Positions 30,688-48,234 of a stretch of DNA of 64,000 bases are shown piece by piece. The number at the start of each line of letters is the position of its first letter. Position 1 is the first letter of the stretch. The notes below the pieces were generated by a model that was given only the letters and a program-made list of their open reading frames with translations, had not been told where the DNA came from and did not search any database. The DNA is from Eledone cirrhosa (lineage: Eukaryota). The stretch spans positions 4,898,001-4,962,000 of the forward strand of contig OZ024754.1 in the NCBI GenBank assembly GCA_964016885.1, in the 5' to 3' direction. The position numbers and the translations under genes were made by a program.

Positions 30688-30855
30688 AATTGTTTCTCCT
30701 TATGGCCCAAGGCCAGCAATTATCCCAGTGTATTACTGGTACCTTATTTTATCGACCCCGTAAGGATAATAATTGTTTCTACTTTTTGGCCCAAGGCCAG
30801 CAATTACCCCAGTGTATTACTGGTACTTTATTTTCTCGACCCCGTAAGGATGAAA
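30688..30855 (-). mobile_element. Two tandem partial SINE S1 3' halves
   Basis: CCCAGTGTATTACTGGTAC..TTATTTT..CGACCCCGTAAGGAT occurs twice. Confidence 0.85.
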
Positions 30856-31088
30856 ATAATTAAGTATTCCCGCTAGTTCGATCTGTTAGAAATAACAGCC
30901 AAATCTCCTGCCTTCTCCTTATATTTAATGTCTTTGGGAAGATGAAAAACAATGAAAACAAAACGTCACATTGGATAACGTAGTCCTAGATACACGATGC
31001 CTTAAAGAATTAAATGACGGGATGGTCATGGTTTGATTGTCTTTGATCGTAGGTTTTTTTTCTCCGTCTTTCCGTCTCCCTGTCACTT

Positions 31089-31142
<54 letters not shown>

Positions 31143-31386
31143 CATTTGTCTGTCTGTCACTCTATCTCTCTGTCTGTCTGTCTGCCTGTCTGTCTCTCTC
31201 TATCTTTCTGTCTGTCACTCTGCCTGTCTGTCTCTCTCTATCTTTCTGTCTGTCACTCTCTCTCTCTCTCTCTCTCTGTCTGCCTGTCTCTCTGTCGCTC
31301 GATCTGTATGCCTGTCACTCTGTCTGTCTGTCTCTCTCTCTCTCTCTGTCTCTCTGTCGCTCCATCTGTCTGTCTCTCTCTCCCCC

Positions 31387-31417
<31 letters not shown>

Positions 31418-31559
31418 TATCTCTATCTCTCTGTCTGTCTCTCTATCTCACTGTCTCACAGTCTCTCTGTCAGTCTGTCGCTCTCTGTCAGTCCGTCTAT
31501 CTGTCACTATCTATCTGTCTGTCTGTCTTTCTATCTCTCTGTCTCACAGTCTCTCTGTC

Positions 31560-31617
<58 letters not shown>

Positions 31618-31681
31618 AACCCGTCTCTCTGTCACTGTCTATTTGTCTCTCTCTCTGCCAATCCGTCTATCTGTCACAGTC

Positions 31682-31728
<47 letters not shown>

Positions 31729-31874
31729 GTCAGACACTCTGTCTATCTATCTCTCTGCCTGTCACTATATATTTGTCTATCTGCTTCACTATCAATCCAG
31801 CTCTCCATCTATTTGTCTATCTGTCTGTCTGTCTGTCTGTCTGCCTGTTCGGTCGATCATTTTTGACATGGCGT

Positions 31875-31908
<34 letters not shown>

Positions 31909-32152
31909 AAAGAAGAATTAGAAGAAGAAGAAGAAGAAGAAGAAGAAGAAGAAATATAAAGAGGAAAAAGAATAAGAAAAAGAAGAAGTATAAAGATGAA
32001 GAAGAAGAAGATATATTTGAAAGAAGCAGACGATCTGCTGGTGACTAAAAATGAAGATATGTTGTTACAGAGGAGAAGAAAAAAAATATGCTTACAGTGA
32101 TATCATGGAAACCTCTGGCAATATCATGTGTGTAATGTGTGTGTGTGTAATG

Positions 32153-32190
<38 letters not shown>

Positions 32191-32289
32191 GTGTGTGTAA
32201 TGCTGTGTAAGTGCGTGTGTATGTAATGTGTGTGTGTGTAATGTATGTGTGTATGTATATATATATATATATGTGTGTGTGTGTGAGTC

Positions 32290-32327
<38 letters not shown>

Positions 32328-32365
32328 ATATTAACAAATGGAAGCTATATTTATAAAACCATATT

Positions 32366-32431
32366 TATTTCATTATACATATTTCAAGGGCCACCAAGGT
32401 AAACTATGGTGCGCTTTCATCAGACAAAATA
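32366..32431 (-). ncRNA. Type I hammerhead ribozyme, family E (second copy)
   Basis: Minus strand: TATTTTGT CTGATGA AAGCGCACCA...TGGTGGCCCTT GAAA TATGTA TA ATGAAATA. Confidence 0.78.
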
Positions 32432-32554
32432 TAATATAGGTTAGTTTTATAAATAAATATTGACATACCCTTAAAAAATGCAACCATTCTGGTTGGAATC
32501 TTCTGGATATTTTGCTTGTTGTATCCCAACAAATTAAATATAACTTCTACACAC

Positions 32555-32651
<97 letters not shown>

Positions 32652-32708
32652 CATATATATATACATATATATATACATATATATATATACATATACATAT
32701 ATATATAC

Positions 32709-32850
<142 letters not shown>

Positions 32851-33319
32851 GTGTGTGTGTGTGTGTATGTTCTTTATATTTGGACCTCTGTATGCATCTA
32901 TGTAAAGTTATGTAAATATTTATGTATCTAGTTATGTATATATATTTCGTCTGCAATGCGTGGGTATGTGTGTATGTATGTGTATATATATATATGTATG
33001 TATGTGCGTATGTATGTGTGTGTGTATGTATGTGTGTGTGTATGTATGTGTGTGTGTATGTATGTGTGTGTGTATGTATGTGTGTGTGTATGTATGTGTG
33101 TGTGTATGTATGTATGTATATATGAAAGTGCAATACAATAGTGTTGTGATACAATAGAACAGAGAAAATGAAAGTTATGTATGTATACATAGATGTATAT
33201 AGTTATGAAATATATATATATATATACATACATATATATGTGTGTGTGTATGTGTGTGTGTTTTAAAAGGCTTGCTGAACATACAAGCCGGAACCGCTTG
33301 TCGCCGCGGTCGGGAGGTA

Positions 33320-33352
<33 letters not shown>

Positions 33353-33872
33353 CGTCTCTGTGTGTGTGTATGTAGCTATGTATATGTTTGTACGTTATGT
33401 AACTGAGGTATGAGTGTATGTGTGATTGTGTGAGTGTGTGTGTATGATGGGACGTGTGTGTATGATGGGATGTATGTGTGTGAGGGAGAGAGAGAGAATG
33501 AAAGAGACACGTAATGAGAGAGAGGTTGAGTGAGATATGGAATAAGAAAAGCGAACGAGAGAGAGAGGCGTGAGAGAGAGAGAGAGAGAGAGTGTGTGTG
33601 TGTGTGTGTGTCTGTGAGAGAGAGAGAGAGAGAGAGTGTGGGGTGGAGTACAACATAATTGCTGTAACAAAATTCTATCTGGAAATTCTAAGTTATGACA
33701 TAAAGGTGAATTAAAAGTAGAAGAAGGGAATATTATTATTATTACTTTAGTACCAGTAATGCACTGGTGGATTGCTGGCCTTGTGCCTAAAGTAGAAACA
33801 ATTATTACTTTTGTTGTTGTTGCTGTTGTTGTTAGTTACTATAAATACTATCACTGCAATTAACACCACCAC

Positions 33873-33911
<39 letters not shown>

Positions 33912-33993
33912 ATGACATATGTATTCACGCGCGTTTCGCTATTACAAGGTTCAGTTGCTATCTCTATATTTAGTATACATATGTAAGGATCTC

Positions 33994-34107
<114 letters not shown>

Positions 34108-34153
34108 CATATACACACACCCATACTAACAATCACACATACATACACACACC

Positions 34154-34188
<35 letters not shown>

Positions 34189-34311
34189 GCATATACGTAT
34201 ATATATATATATATATATATATAAAGATTTACGTATACATAAAGTCATAGATATATATGTGGCAGAGGAAATGGGATATATTTTATCTAATAATTCTAAG
34301 GACATGATTTA

Positions 34312-34348
<37 letters not shown>

Positions 34349-34412
34349 TATACGTATATATATGTATGTATAGTATATATATGCATATACGTATATATAT
34401 ATGCATATACGC

Positions 34413-34476
<64 letters not shown>

Positions 34477-34479
<3 letters not shown>

Positions 34480-34589
34480 AACGAGTAAGACCCCGACGGC
34501 TGAGCTCAAGCCGTTTCGACGGCTAATTCTGAGTCCAGAATTAGCCGTCGAAACGGCTTGAGCTCAGCCGTCGGGGTCTTACTCGTTCC

Positions 34590-34590
<1 letters not shown>
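34477..34590. mobile_element. Family B perfect fold-back: 55-bp arms, 4-nt spacer, inside (TA)n
   Basis: 34477-34531 is the exact reverse complement of 34536-34590. Confidence 0.95.
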
Positions 34591-34620
<30 letters not shown>

Positions 34621-34644
34621 GTATATATATATATGCATAAACGC

Positions 34645-34677
<33 letters not shown>

Positions 34678-34729
34678 TATGCATAAACGTATATATAAAT
34701 ATATATGTATGTATATATATGCATATACG

Positions 34730-34768
<39 letters not shown>

Positions 34769-34829
34769 GCATATACGTATGTATATATATATGCATATAC
34801 GTATGTATATATATCTATATCTATATATG

Positions 34830-35011
<182 letters not shown>

Positions 35012-35017
35012 TGTATG

Positions 35018-35102
<85 letters not shown>

Positions 35103-35103
35103 T

Positions 35104-35234
<131 letters not shown>

Positions 35235-35249
35235 GTATATATATATATG

Positions 35250-35280
<31 letters not shown>

Positions 35281-35319
35281 GTATGTATATATATATATAT
35301 GTATATAAGTATATATATG

Positions 35320-35354
<35 letters not shown>

Positions 35355-35636
35355 CACACTATATTTATATGTAGCCTTATAAATATTCATATATATATAC
35401 TATATACAATGACAAGCCTGTTCGCAGTAAAACATTAAATGTCGCTGTCGCGCTCAGAAGAGGCAGCGCGCACGCACACACAGACACACACAGGTAGACT
35501 TACACACACACACACACAGAGTGACATGTCTGTGTGTGTGTGTGTATGTGTATTTAAGTAAATATGCACATTTCTATCTCTCTACATATATCTATATCTA
35601 TGTCTTTCTATCTATAGAACTGTCTATTTATCTATA

Positions 35637-35720
35637 ACATTTTACACGTTTTTATTGTATGTAAACTTCCCCCTTTGTATTTGTCCCCTTCTTTTGTGCC
35701 CCTGTGGCTAATAAAGAAAT
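35637..35720 (+). mobile_element. Short 3' end of the same LINE as 57273-57652
   Basis: Near-identical TTTTACACGTTTTTATTGTATGTAAACTTCC...GTGGCTAATAAAGAAA, followed by (TATC)n. Confidence 0.85.
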
Positions 35721-35721
35721 A

Positions 35722-35759
<38 letters not shown>

Positions 35760-35895
35760 AATATATATATATAACGAACGAAGTGTGGTAAGAAACCAGA
35801 GGGGCCATAACGCATTAGAGTCCTCGATACTTAGGGTAGTTGAGTGGGTAATAGGAAAATGTTTGACCCAGAGCTCTAACGTCGGGGTCAAATAT

Positions 35896-35944
<49 letters not shown>

Positions 35945-35950
35945 TATAGG

Positions 35951-36184
35951 TAAGTTATTCCGGGTTGAATCGGAGGTAACCACGGTAAGTAAGGTACTCA
36001 ATACATAGCAGAGTATAAAAGTTTTAATATAGATGAGATTCTACAGGACTAGAACTGTTTCATTCTTTAGAAGTCATCAGGAATCTGGCTGTCCAAAAAT
36101 AATTTATTTTGGACAGCCAGATTCCTGATGATTTCTAAAGAATGAAACAGTTCTAGTCCTGTAGAATCTCATCTATATTAAAAC

Positions 36185-36185
<1 letters not shown>
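35951..36185. mobile_element. Family A fold-back with two complete divergent hammerheads (36036-36086 minus, 36119-36169 plus)
   Basis: AGATTC CTGATGA (T/C)TTC TAAA GAAT GAAA CAG TTCTAGTC CTG TA GAATCT on both arms. Confidence 0.9.
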
Positions 36186-36231
<46 letters not shown>

Positions 36232-36344
36232 CGAAGGAAATGTGGTAAGGAACCAGGTGGACCATAACGCACCAAAGTACTCGATACTTAGGGTAGTAGA
36301 GTGGGTAATAGGAACGAGTAGGACCCCGGGGTCTTACTGGTTCC

Positions 36345-36403
<59 letters not shown>

Positions 36404-36680
36404 GTGTGTGTGTGTGTGTATGCATGTGATTATGTGTGGATTAGAGAGATAAAGGTTTAGGCGCCTGTAGAAGTATTTCACCTCTAAATTTCATAGATAC
36501 AGGTTCGATCCCAAAGGGTGATCGTAAACGGCCCTGGGTAGCCTGAGATCTATATTTCATACCGAGAAACCACTGTGAAGCCCATACTGCAGGGCCCACA
36601 CTAACATCTATATGTATAGCATATATGTATAAATACATACAAATATATATGTATATATATATGTGTGTATGTATATAAAT

Positions 36681-36784
<104 letters not shown>

Positions 36785-36968
36785 ATATATATATATATAT
36801 ATATACTTACATACACAAACACACATATATATATATATGAATATATATATACTGATTATTCGTTCATTTATGTATATATATGTATATATACTTATATATA
36901 TATATATATAAATCTGTATATATATATATATAAATGCATTTATATATATATATATATAAATCCATTTA

Positions 36969-37000
<32 letters not shown>

Positions 37001-37226
37001 AATATGTATATATCTATATATATCTATACAGTATACATCTATATATATAGTATATATAATATATATATATATAGTATATATCTATATATATAGTATATAT
37101 CTATATATATAGTATATATCTATATATATATTATATATCTATATAGTATATATAATATATATATATATATATAAATAGAATATATATATATATATGTATG
37201 TATATATATATATGTATATATATATG

Positions 37227-37263
<37 letters not shown>

Positions 37264-37336
37264 CAATTAATAGAATGAAAACATTTGCACACACAAACAC
37301 TCATATATATATATGTATATATATATATATAATATA

Positions 37337-37386
<50 letters not shown>

Positions 37387-37434
37387 TATAATATATATAT
37401 AAATATATAATATAAATATATAATATATATATAA

Positions 37435-37477
<43 letters not shown>

Positions 37478-37600
37478 TATATATATAAATATATAATATA
37501 TATATATTTATATAAATATTTATTTCGTTTATATATATACTTGCAAACCGCCAGAGATTCGATTTTACTAAGTATCCAATAATATATATATATATAAATA

Positions 37601-37647
<47 letters not shown>

Positions 37648-37700
37648 TATATATGTATATAAATATATATATACATGTATATATATATGTATATTTATGT

Positions 37701-37734
<34 letters not shown>

Positions 37735-37801
37735 ATAAATATAGATATATATATATAAATATAAATATGCATATACATGTATATATATATATGTATATGT
37801 A

Positions 37802-37853
<52 letters not shown>

Positions 37854-38259
37854 TACATATATATACATAAATATACATATATATATACATAAATATACAT
37901 ATATATATACATACATATATATATATACTATTTATATAATATATATATATATACAATTTATATATATATATATATATATATATACTATTTATATATATAT
38001 ATATACTATTTACATACTATATATATTATATATACTATATATATAGATATATACTATATATATAAATTATATATACTATATAGATATATACTATATATAT
38101 ATAGTATATATACTATATATATAGATATATACTATATATATATATATCATATATACTATATATATAGATATATACTATATATATTATATATACTATATAT
38201 ATAGATATATACTATATATATCATATATACTATATATATAGATATATATATATTATATA

Positions 38260-38316
<57 letters not shown>

Positions 38317-38646
38317 TATATATACTATATATATAGATATATACTATATATATATAAGCCTTTGCGTGTATGTGTATCCCTGCCAGGTGTCTCAGGAACG
38401 TAAGTTCAATATCCACTGAAATGTTGAGTCCCTGGGGAAGAAACTTCCAGTATAAAATTCCAGACATATAACTCACCTGATACACATGATATCTAGCCTG
38501 TTTCAAACTGAATCTCCCTGAGAATCATGTTAAGATATACACACGTCTGTGTAATGCACAGACACTTGCCTCATAACTCCTTGAGAAACTGTTGCATTGA
38601 TCCAGTTGCTGCAATACATATGCATATATATACACACACACACATA

Positions 38647-38689
<43 letters not shown>

Positions 38690-38705
38690 GTATATATATA
38701 TATAT

Positions 38706-38738
<33 letters not shown>

Positions 38739-38838
38739 ATTTATATACATAAATATATACATATGTATATACATATAAATAAATATAAATATATATATAT
38801 ATATATATATACATACATATATATGTATATGTATATGT

Positions 38839-38869
<31 letters not shown>

Positions 38870-39057
38870 GTATATATTATATATTATATATATATATATA
38901 TTTACATATATAGATGTACATACATATATACATATATATATAAATATATAATATATACATATATGTGCATATATATATATACATGAATATATTATATATA
39001 TATATATATACATATATGTATGTATATACATACGTATATATATGTATATGAATATAT

Positions 39058-39088
<31 letters not shown>

Positions 39089-39118
39089 GCATATACATAC
39101 GTAAATATATGTATATGA

Positions 39119-39190
<72 letters not shown>

Positions 39191-39489
39191 TATACATACG
39201 TATATATATGTATATATACTTATATATATATATATACAAACATCTATATATATATGTATCATATAGAGATAATTGGTAAATACATATACAATACTTAAAT
39301 ATTATATACATGACATATATACAATGTATATATGATATAATCTGCAATGTAATATGAATATATTTATATACAGTATATATGTGTGATATATATATTAGAA
39401 ATATATATGTTACATCATATGGTTTATATATATATAAATATCATACATATATGTATATTTATATATGCATACACCCATATATATAAAAC

Positions 39490-39526
<37 letters not shown>

Positions 39527-39854
39527 TATATATATATAAATTATATATATATGTATGATATATATATACCATATGATGTAACATATATATTTGTAATATA
39601 TATATCACACATATATACTGTCTATAAATATATTCATATTACATTGCAGATTATATCATATATACATTGTATATATGTCATGTATATAATATTTAAGTAT
39701 TGTATATGTATTTACCAAATATCTCTATATGATACATATATATATAGATGTTTGTATATATATATATATATATAAGTATATATACATATATATACGTATG
39801 TATGTATATATTCATATATATATATATGCATTTATATATATATAATATATGCAT

Positions 39855-39912
<58 letters not shown>

Positions 39913-40134
39913 CGCATATACCTATAGCTATATATATATATATATATATATGTATGTACATATATATACTATATAAATATGATATATATATACATATACA
40001 TATATGTATATATATATGTATGTACATATATATATATATGTGTATATAATATATATATATATGTATGTATATATATATATGTATCTATATACATATATAT
40101 ATGAATATATATATATATATACATATATATATGA

Positions 40135-40185
<51 letters not shown>

Positions 40186-40200
40186 CATATATATATATGA

Positions 40201-40255
<55 letters not shown>

Positions 40256-40317
40256 CATACATATATATAAATATATATACATAAATATACATATATGTAT
40301 ATATGTATATACACATT

Positions 40318-40349
<32 letters not shown>

Positions 40350-40420
40350 CACATATAGGTATTTATATAGAAATATGTCTCAGAATTATGCATACATATC
40401 TCTCTCTCACTCTCTCTCTG

Positions 40421-40473
<53 letters not shown>

Positions 40474-40627
40474 TCTTATAGAACAAAACATCAATTATTT
40501 ACCAATCTACCTATCTATTGTTTCTCATCATTCTCTCTCACACACACAATATATACACATGGCAATATGTGTGTATGTATATATACGTGCACAGCACTAT
40601 CTACAGATATATTTAAATATAGAATAT

Positions 40628-40777
<150 letters not shown>

Positions 40778-41068
40778 TTGACACATGGTATTATCACGTA
40801 TGTATAAATATATATATATTTATATACATAGATATTTATATGCATACAGATATATGAAGGCGTGTGGCTCAGTGTTTAGAGAATTGGATTCGCAATCGTA
40901 AGGTTGTGAGTTCGATTCCTGGACCAGGCGATGCGTTATGTCCTTGAGCAAGACACTTTATTTCACGTTGCTCTTTCTGCCTGGAGTTGCAACCGATAGA
41001 TAGTATTAGCAATTGGAAAGACCAACGGAAACATTGTTTCCTCGGTCCGATTTGACGAAAGTCGATCG

Positions 41069-41117
<49 letters not shown>

Positions 41118-41513
41118 TATATATATGTGTGTGTGTGTGTTTCTATATATATAGTTATTCACCAGACATTACATTATATAATATTCATGTTAGATATAAA
41201 TTAAACGAGAGATTATTTATGTCCGAGTTTCATTTGCTTCTTATAAATATCTTGGAATAATTCTACCAAACTTTGATTAACGTCTCTCATTGGTGTTACC
41301 TGGAATTACGTATGGAACTATGTATATGTATATATATATATGTATGGATGTATATATATATATATGAATGGATGTATGTATGGATTGATGGTTGTGTGCA
41401 TGTAAGTATGTATGTGTATATATATATACATATATATATACATACATATACACGTATATATATATATATGTATATATTTGCATAAATATATATAGATACA
41501 TACATATATACAT

Positions 41514-41570
<57 letters not shown>

Positions 41571-41768
41571 TATAATGTGTGTGTGTCTGTATATGCACAA
41601 GATCTTTGGCAAACTTCTCTACTTAATGTATTGTGGTCTCTTTTCGTCTGTCTACGGAAAACCATTCTTTATATATATTTATATATATATATATATATGT
41701 TTGCAGACGTATGTAAAAACATGTGCACCTACATATCCATGTGGTACACAAATATATATATATATATA

Positions 41769-41799
<31 letters not shown>

Positions 41800-41951
41800 A
41801 TTTACATAGATATATACATAATCAGTTATGTATGTAGAAAGTCGCGCCTTCATTTAAAAACATGTATGTAGTAAGATGTAATTATATTTACCTTCCTTTC
41901 TCAGCTCCTCTCTCCCACTCACCCTCTCTGCATATATTTACATATATGCAA

Positions 41952-41992
<41 letters not shown>

Positions 41993-42124
41993 TATAATGT
42001 ACAAAAACATAGAAACATACATAGACATCCGTTCATCCATACATAGAATCGTACATGTACACACATTAATATATGTATATGCACACACACACACAAGCAT
42101 ACATATATATGTATAAACATACAT

Positions 42125-42199
<75 letters not shown>

Positions 42200-42410
42200 T
42201 AAGGGTGGCCATAGGAACAAGATAGTTCCCTACCTGAAGAATTAATTTCTATATGAAATAAAGTTATACATACATACACACATACGTACATAATTATATA
42301 TATATATATATATTATATATATATATATATATACACAAACATACATGTATATATTCATATAAACATACATAGATGGATATACACACACATATACATATAT
42401 ATATATATAT

Positions 42411-42458
<48 letters not shown>

Positions 42459-42692
42459 ATATCCATCTATGTATGTTTATATGAATATATACATGTATGT
42501 TTGTGTATATATATATATATAATATATATATATATAGGAAAAAGTATGACTGACGGCAGAGCTCAAGCCATTTCGACGGCTATTTCTGGTCCATCTGGTT
42601 CCTTACCAAAATTCCTTAGTTATATATATATATATATATATATATAATTATACATACACAAACATACATGTATATATTTTTATAAACATGCA

Positions 42693-42726
<34 letters not shown>

Positions 42727-42790
42727 TATATATATATATATATATATGCATATATATATATATATATATGCATATATATATATATATATA

Positions 42791-42870
<80 letters not shown>

Positions 42871-43035
42871 TATACATACATATATATTTGCATATATATA
42901 TATATATATGCATATACATACATATATATGCATATATATACATACATATATATGCATATATATATATATACATATATATATATGCATATATATATATATA
43001 TATATATACATATATATGCATATATATATATATAT

Positions 43036-43072
<37 letters not shown>

Positions 43073-43112
43073 ATACTTTGGGAGGGTCATGTTGCCAACA
43101 AATTCAGAAACG

Positions 43113-43173
<61 letters not shown>

Positions 43174-43695
43174 CTGTTATAAATTAAAAAAAACAGAATT
43201 TCATTGAAAATTCTTTCCAAAGTTCACGAGGGATTTTTTCGGAATTTTGTTTCGTTTTTAACTTAAAATTTTCGCCACGGTCAGCAATCTTAGTCCAGTT
43301 TAAACATTATTGTTGCTGTCGTTATTGTTGTCACACTTGCAATTCTTGTAGTTTATAGTTGCGAATCTCTTACTTCTGTTGTTGTTGTTGTTGTGTTAGT
43401 GTAGTTTCTAATTTTGCTTTCGTCATCGTTAAAATATTTTTTATTCACCTTCCTTAGTCCGTTTTCTAATTTCTCTCAAGAAAAAATTACACACATACAC
43501 ACACACACATATATATATATATATACGATGTATTTTCTCAAGAAAAAACAATATATATATATATATGTATGTATGTATGTATGTGTGTATGTATATATAT
43601 ACAGGCTGTTCCCTAAAAAACTATGCGCAATTCAACAGCATTCTAATAAACATTTTCTGTTCAGGTAATCAAAATGTGTGTACATTCTTGGGGAC

Positions 43696-43848
<153 letters not shown>

Positions 43849-44086
43849 GACTCTTCTATATTAAAACATTTACTGTGGTTACCCCCGAATGAATCCGGAA
43901 TAACTGATATATATATATATATTTAATATAGATATGGCTTCTACAGGACTAGAACTGTTCCAGTCGGTAGAACTCATTAGGAAAGACGTTACCCCCGATT
44001 GAACCTGTGATAAACACATATTTATATATATATATACATATATATATATAAACAAATATATCCTTCAAAGTTATAATGTTATATAT

Positions 44087-44165
<79 letters not shown>

Positions 44166-44552
44166 CCAGACATTAACCTTTAACTTAGCTACAGATCTAG
44201 TAAAAAAAAAAAAAAAAATGCAGATAGACTATTTCTTATTTTTCCTTCTTCTTTCCTAAATTATAAATATTGGTCGTCTTTATAAACTTTAGTTTTAGTT
44301 CTACTGAAGCAGTAACTCATGTCTTTCGTCCTTTATCATTATGTGTGAGTGTGTGCGTGTATTTATATGTGTGTGTTTGTATGTGTGTGCGTTGGTATGT
44401 CTGTCTATGTCTGTTTGCATGTGTGTTTGTATGTGTGTATGTCTGTTTGTATGTGTGTTTGCATGTGTGTTTGTATGTGTGTGTGCGTGTTTGTATGTCT
44501 GTTTGCATGTGTGTTTGCATATGTGCTTGCATGTGTGTTTCTGTGTGTGTAT

Positions 44553-44611
<59 letters not shown>

Positions 44612-45067
44612 CATGTGTGTGTGTGTGGGTATGCATGTGTGTGTGTTAATGTTTAGTCTGTAGGTCAGTCATCACAGAGCCTGAACTCTGATCAAATGCG
44701 TTCCAGATCTGCCCTCCCACCCTTCATTCAGTTTTCGAATATTACATATGTTTCTAACTATACACAAACATATATATATATAATATATTGAGATATATAT
44801 ATAATATATTGAGATATATATATATATATAATATATTGAGATATATATATATAATATATTGAGATATATATATAATATATTGAGATATATATATATATAA
44901 TATATTGAGATATATATATAATATATTGAGAGATATATATATATAATATATTGAGATTGAATTATTTTCCTATATCTTACGTTAAATATTTTCCATCTTG
45001 ACGTAATAGTCACTTATATATTATGAAATACTGTTGGCTTCTTGCTCACATTAATTTCTCTATTTTC

Positions 45068-45118
<51 letters not shown>

Positions 45119-45136
45119 TATATATATATATATATA

Positions 45137-45170
<34 letters not shown>

Positions 45171-45585
45171 TGTATATATATATGAATGTATATATATATG
45201 AATATATATATTCATATATATATATAAATATATATATATATATGAATGTATATATATATATGAATGTATATATATATATATGAATGTATATATATATATA
45301 TGAATGTTATATATATGAATATATATATATGAATATGAATATATATATATATATATGAATATATATATATATGAATATATATATATATATGAATATATAT
45401 ATATACATAGATACATATATAATACATATATATATAAACATACGTATGCACATTCATACATATATACATAGATACATATATATACATATGTATATGTATA
45501 TATATGACTTGTGTGCCTTGTGCATGTATATATATAATATATATATATATATATACGTATGCATATATATATATATGTATACATA

Positions 45586-45622
<37 letters not shown>

Positions 45623-45623
45623 G

Positions 45624-45687
<64 letters not shown>

Positions 45688-45739
45688 CTCCTTCATTTTC
45701 AATATTTGTTTTTTCCAATAAACATACTGTGGTTCCCAT

Positions 45740-45771
<32 letters not shown>

Positions 45772-45781
45772 CGTTGCTGCT

Positions 45782-45830
<49 letters not shown>

Positions 45831-46548
45831 TTGCTGTTGTTGCATATTTTCCATTCTAAGTCCCAGTTATATGATTTTATATCAGCTCTCCGTGTGAGTT
45901 TGTGTTCGTTGTGCAACTACAACAACAGCAACTACAACTACAACAGCAACTACAGCAACTACAACAACAGCAACAACAGCAACTACAACAACAGCAACTA
46001 CAACACCAAATAGTTTAACGATCATGAAACTGCAACTATGGAATAACTACAATATTTATGGTGGAGGTGGTGGTGGTGGTGGTGGTGGTGGTAGTGGTGA
46101 TGATGGTGGTGGTGGTGGTGGTAGTGGTGGTGGTGGTGGTGGTGGTGGTAGTGGTGATGGTGGTGGTGGTGGTGGTGGTGATAGTGTTATTGGTGGTAGT
46201 GGTGGTGGTGTTGGTGGTGGTGGTGATGGTGGTGGTGCTGGTGGTAGTGGTGGTGGTGGTGGTAGGTGCAAATAATGAAAATATTAATTGATATAGTGAT
46301 AAACTTAATAAATGTATATATATATATTATATATATAATATATGTATATATATAATATATATATATATAATATATATATATAATATATATATATAATATA
46401 TATATATAATATATATATATAATATATACATATAATATATACATATAATATATACATATAATATATATTATATATATATAATATATATATATATATATAC
46501 GTGTATGTATGTATAAGTATGCGCACATGCATACATATATACATATAT

Positions 46549-46623
<75 letters not shown>

Positions 46624-46741
46624 AAATAGATAGACAGATAGATAGATAGATGAAGTAATAATTGAGCTTTCGAAGTCACTGTCTCCTTCCTCGTTAGAGG
46701 AAAAATACATGTGTATATGAGTATATATATATATGTGTGTG

Positions 46742-46772
<31 letters not shown>

Positions 46773-46935
46773 ATGTGAGTATATATGTATATATATATAT
46801 ATGTGTAGGTGTATATTTGTGTGAAATGAAAGAAATCCTAAATTTACACAATTGCAGTAACAACATTAACAACAACTTCAGATTGTAAATGAAACAAGCT
46901 TTGAGGTGGGGTGAGTTATCAGGTATATGATATAT

Positions 46936-47005
<70 letters not shown>

Positions 47006-47238
47006 TGAGAGTAAGAGGTCGTTATCTATATATAAATATATACAGAGAGAAAGAGGTGGGAGAGAGAGAGAGAGAGGGGAAGGTAGAGAAATGAATGGAT
47101 TTCTATAGAAGCGAGTGTGTATGTGAGTGTATGTGTGTCTCTCTGTGTGTGTATGTGTGTGTACGTATGTATATATATATATATATGTGTGTGTGTTTGT
47201 GTGTGTGTGTGTGTGAGTGTATGTGTGTCTCTCTGTGT

Positions 47239-47269
<31 letters not shown>

Positions 47270-47694
47270 AGTGTATGTGTGTCTCTCTGTGTGTGTATGT
47301 GTGTGTTTGTGTGTGTGTATGTGAGTGTATGTGTGTCTCTGTGTGTGTATGTGTGTGTACGTATGTATATGTATATATGTGTGTGTGTGTGTGTATGTGT
47401 GTGTGTGAGAGTGTATGTGTGTCTCTCTGTGTGTGTATGTGTGTGTACGTATGTATATATATAGATGTGTGTGTGTGTGTGTGTGTCTGTGTGTGTGTAC
47501 GTATGTATATATATAGATGTGTGTGTGTGTGTGTGTGTCTCTGTGTGTGTGTGTGTGTGTGTATGTGTGTGTGTGTGTGTGTGTGTTTGATTGAGAGAAA
47601 CCTGACAATATGATGCAAAAGATTGCGATGGCCGGGTGGGTGGGTACCAGTGATGGTGATTGGTGTTGGAAGGGTCCAAAGGAGGATTGTATCG

Positions 47695-47748
<54 letters not shown>

Positions 47749-48099
47749 GAGAGAGAAAGAGGGAGAGGTGGGGGGAGTGACGGACAAGTGCGGGTTAGAG
47801 GTGAGAAAAGAGAAAGGGAGAGCGAGAGAGAGAGATGGGGGGAGGGGGGATAAGTACAGGTTAGATGTAAGAAGATTGAATAGAGACAGAGAAAGTGAAC
47901 GAGTGTGAAGGGAGAGAGGGAGAGTGGGAGAGAGAGAGAGGTGGGGCTGGAGGGTGGTGGTGGTGGTGGGAGGGAGGACCAGGGCGAAAGAAAGAGAGAC
48001 AAGTGCGGGTTAGAGGTAAGATGAGAGAGATTATAGAGAGGGAGGAGGGGGCAGATAGGAAAATGACAGGAAGATATAGAGATAGATAGAGATAATGAG

Positions 48100-48144
<45 letters not shown>

Positions 48145-48191
48145 AAGTATGTGTCTGTGAGAAAGGTAGACGTACAGAGTGTGTGTGCGAG

Positions 48192-48234
<43 letters not shown>

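Noticed and set aside
42225-42270. CTGAAGA...GAAA hammerhead-like motif
   Set aside because: No convincing stem I or stem II.
46024-46291. Gly-rich or Pro-rich ORFs
   Set aside because: (GGT)n microsatellite with no splice or coding support.
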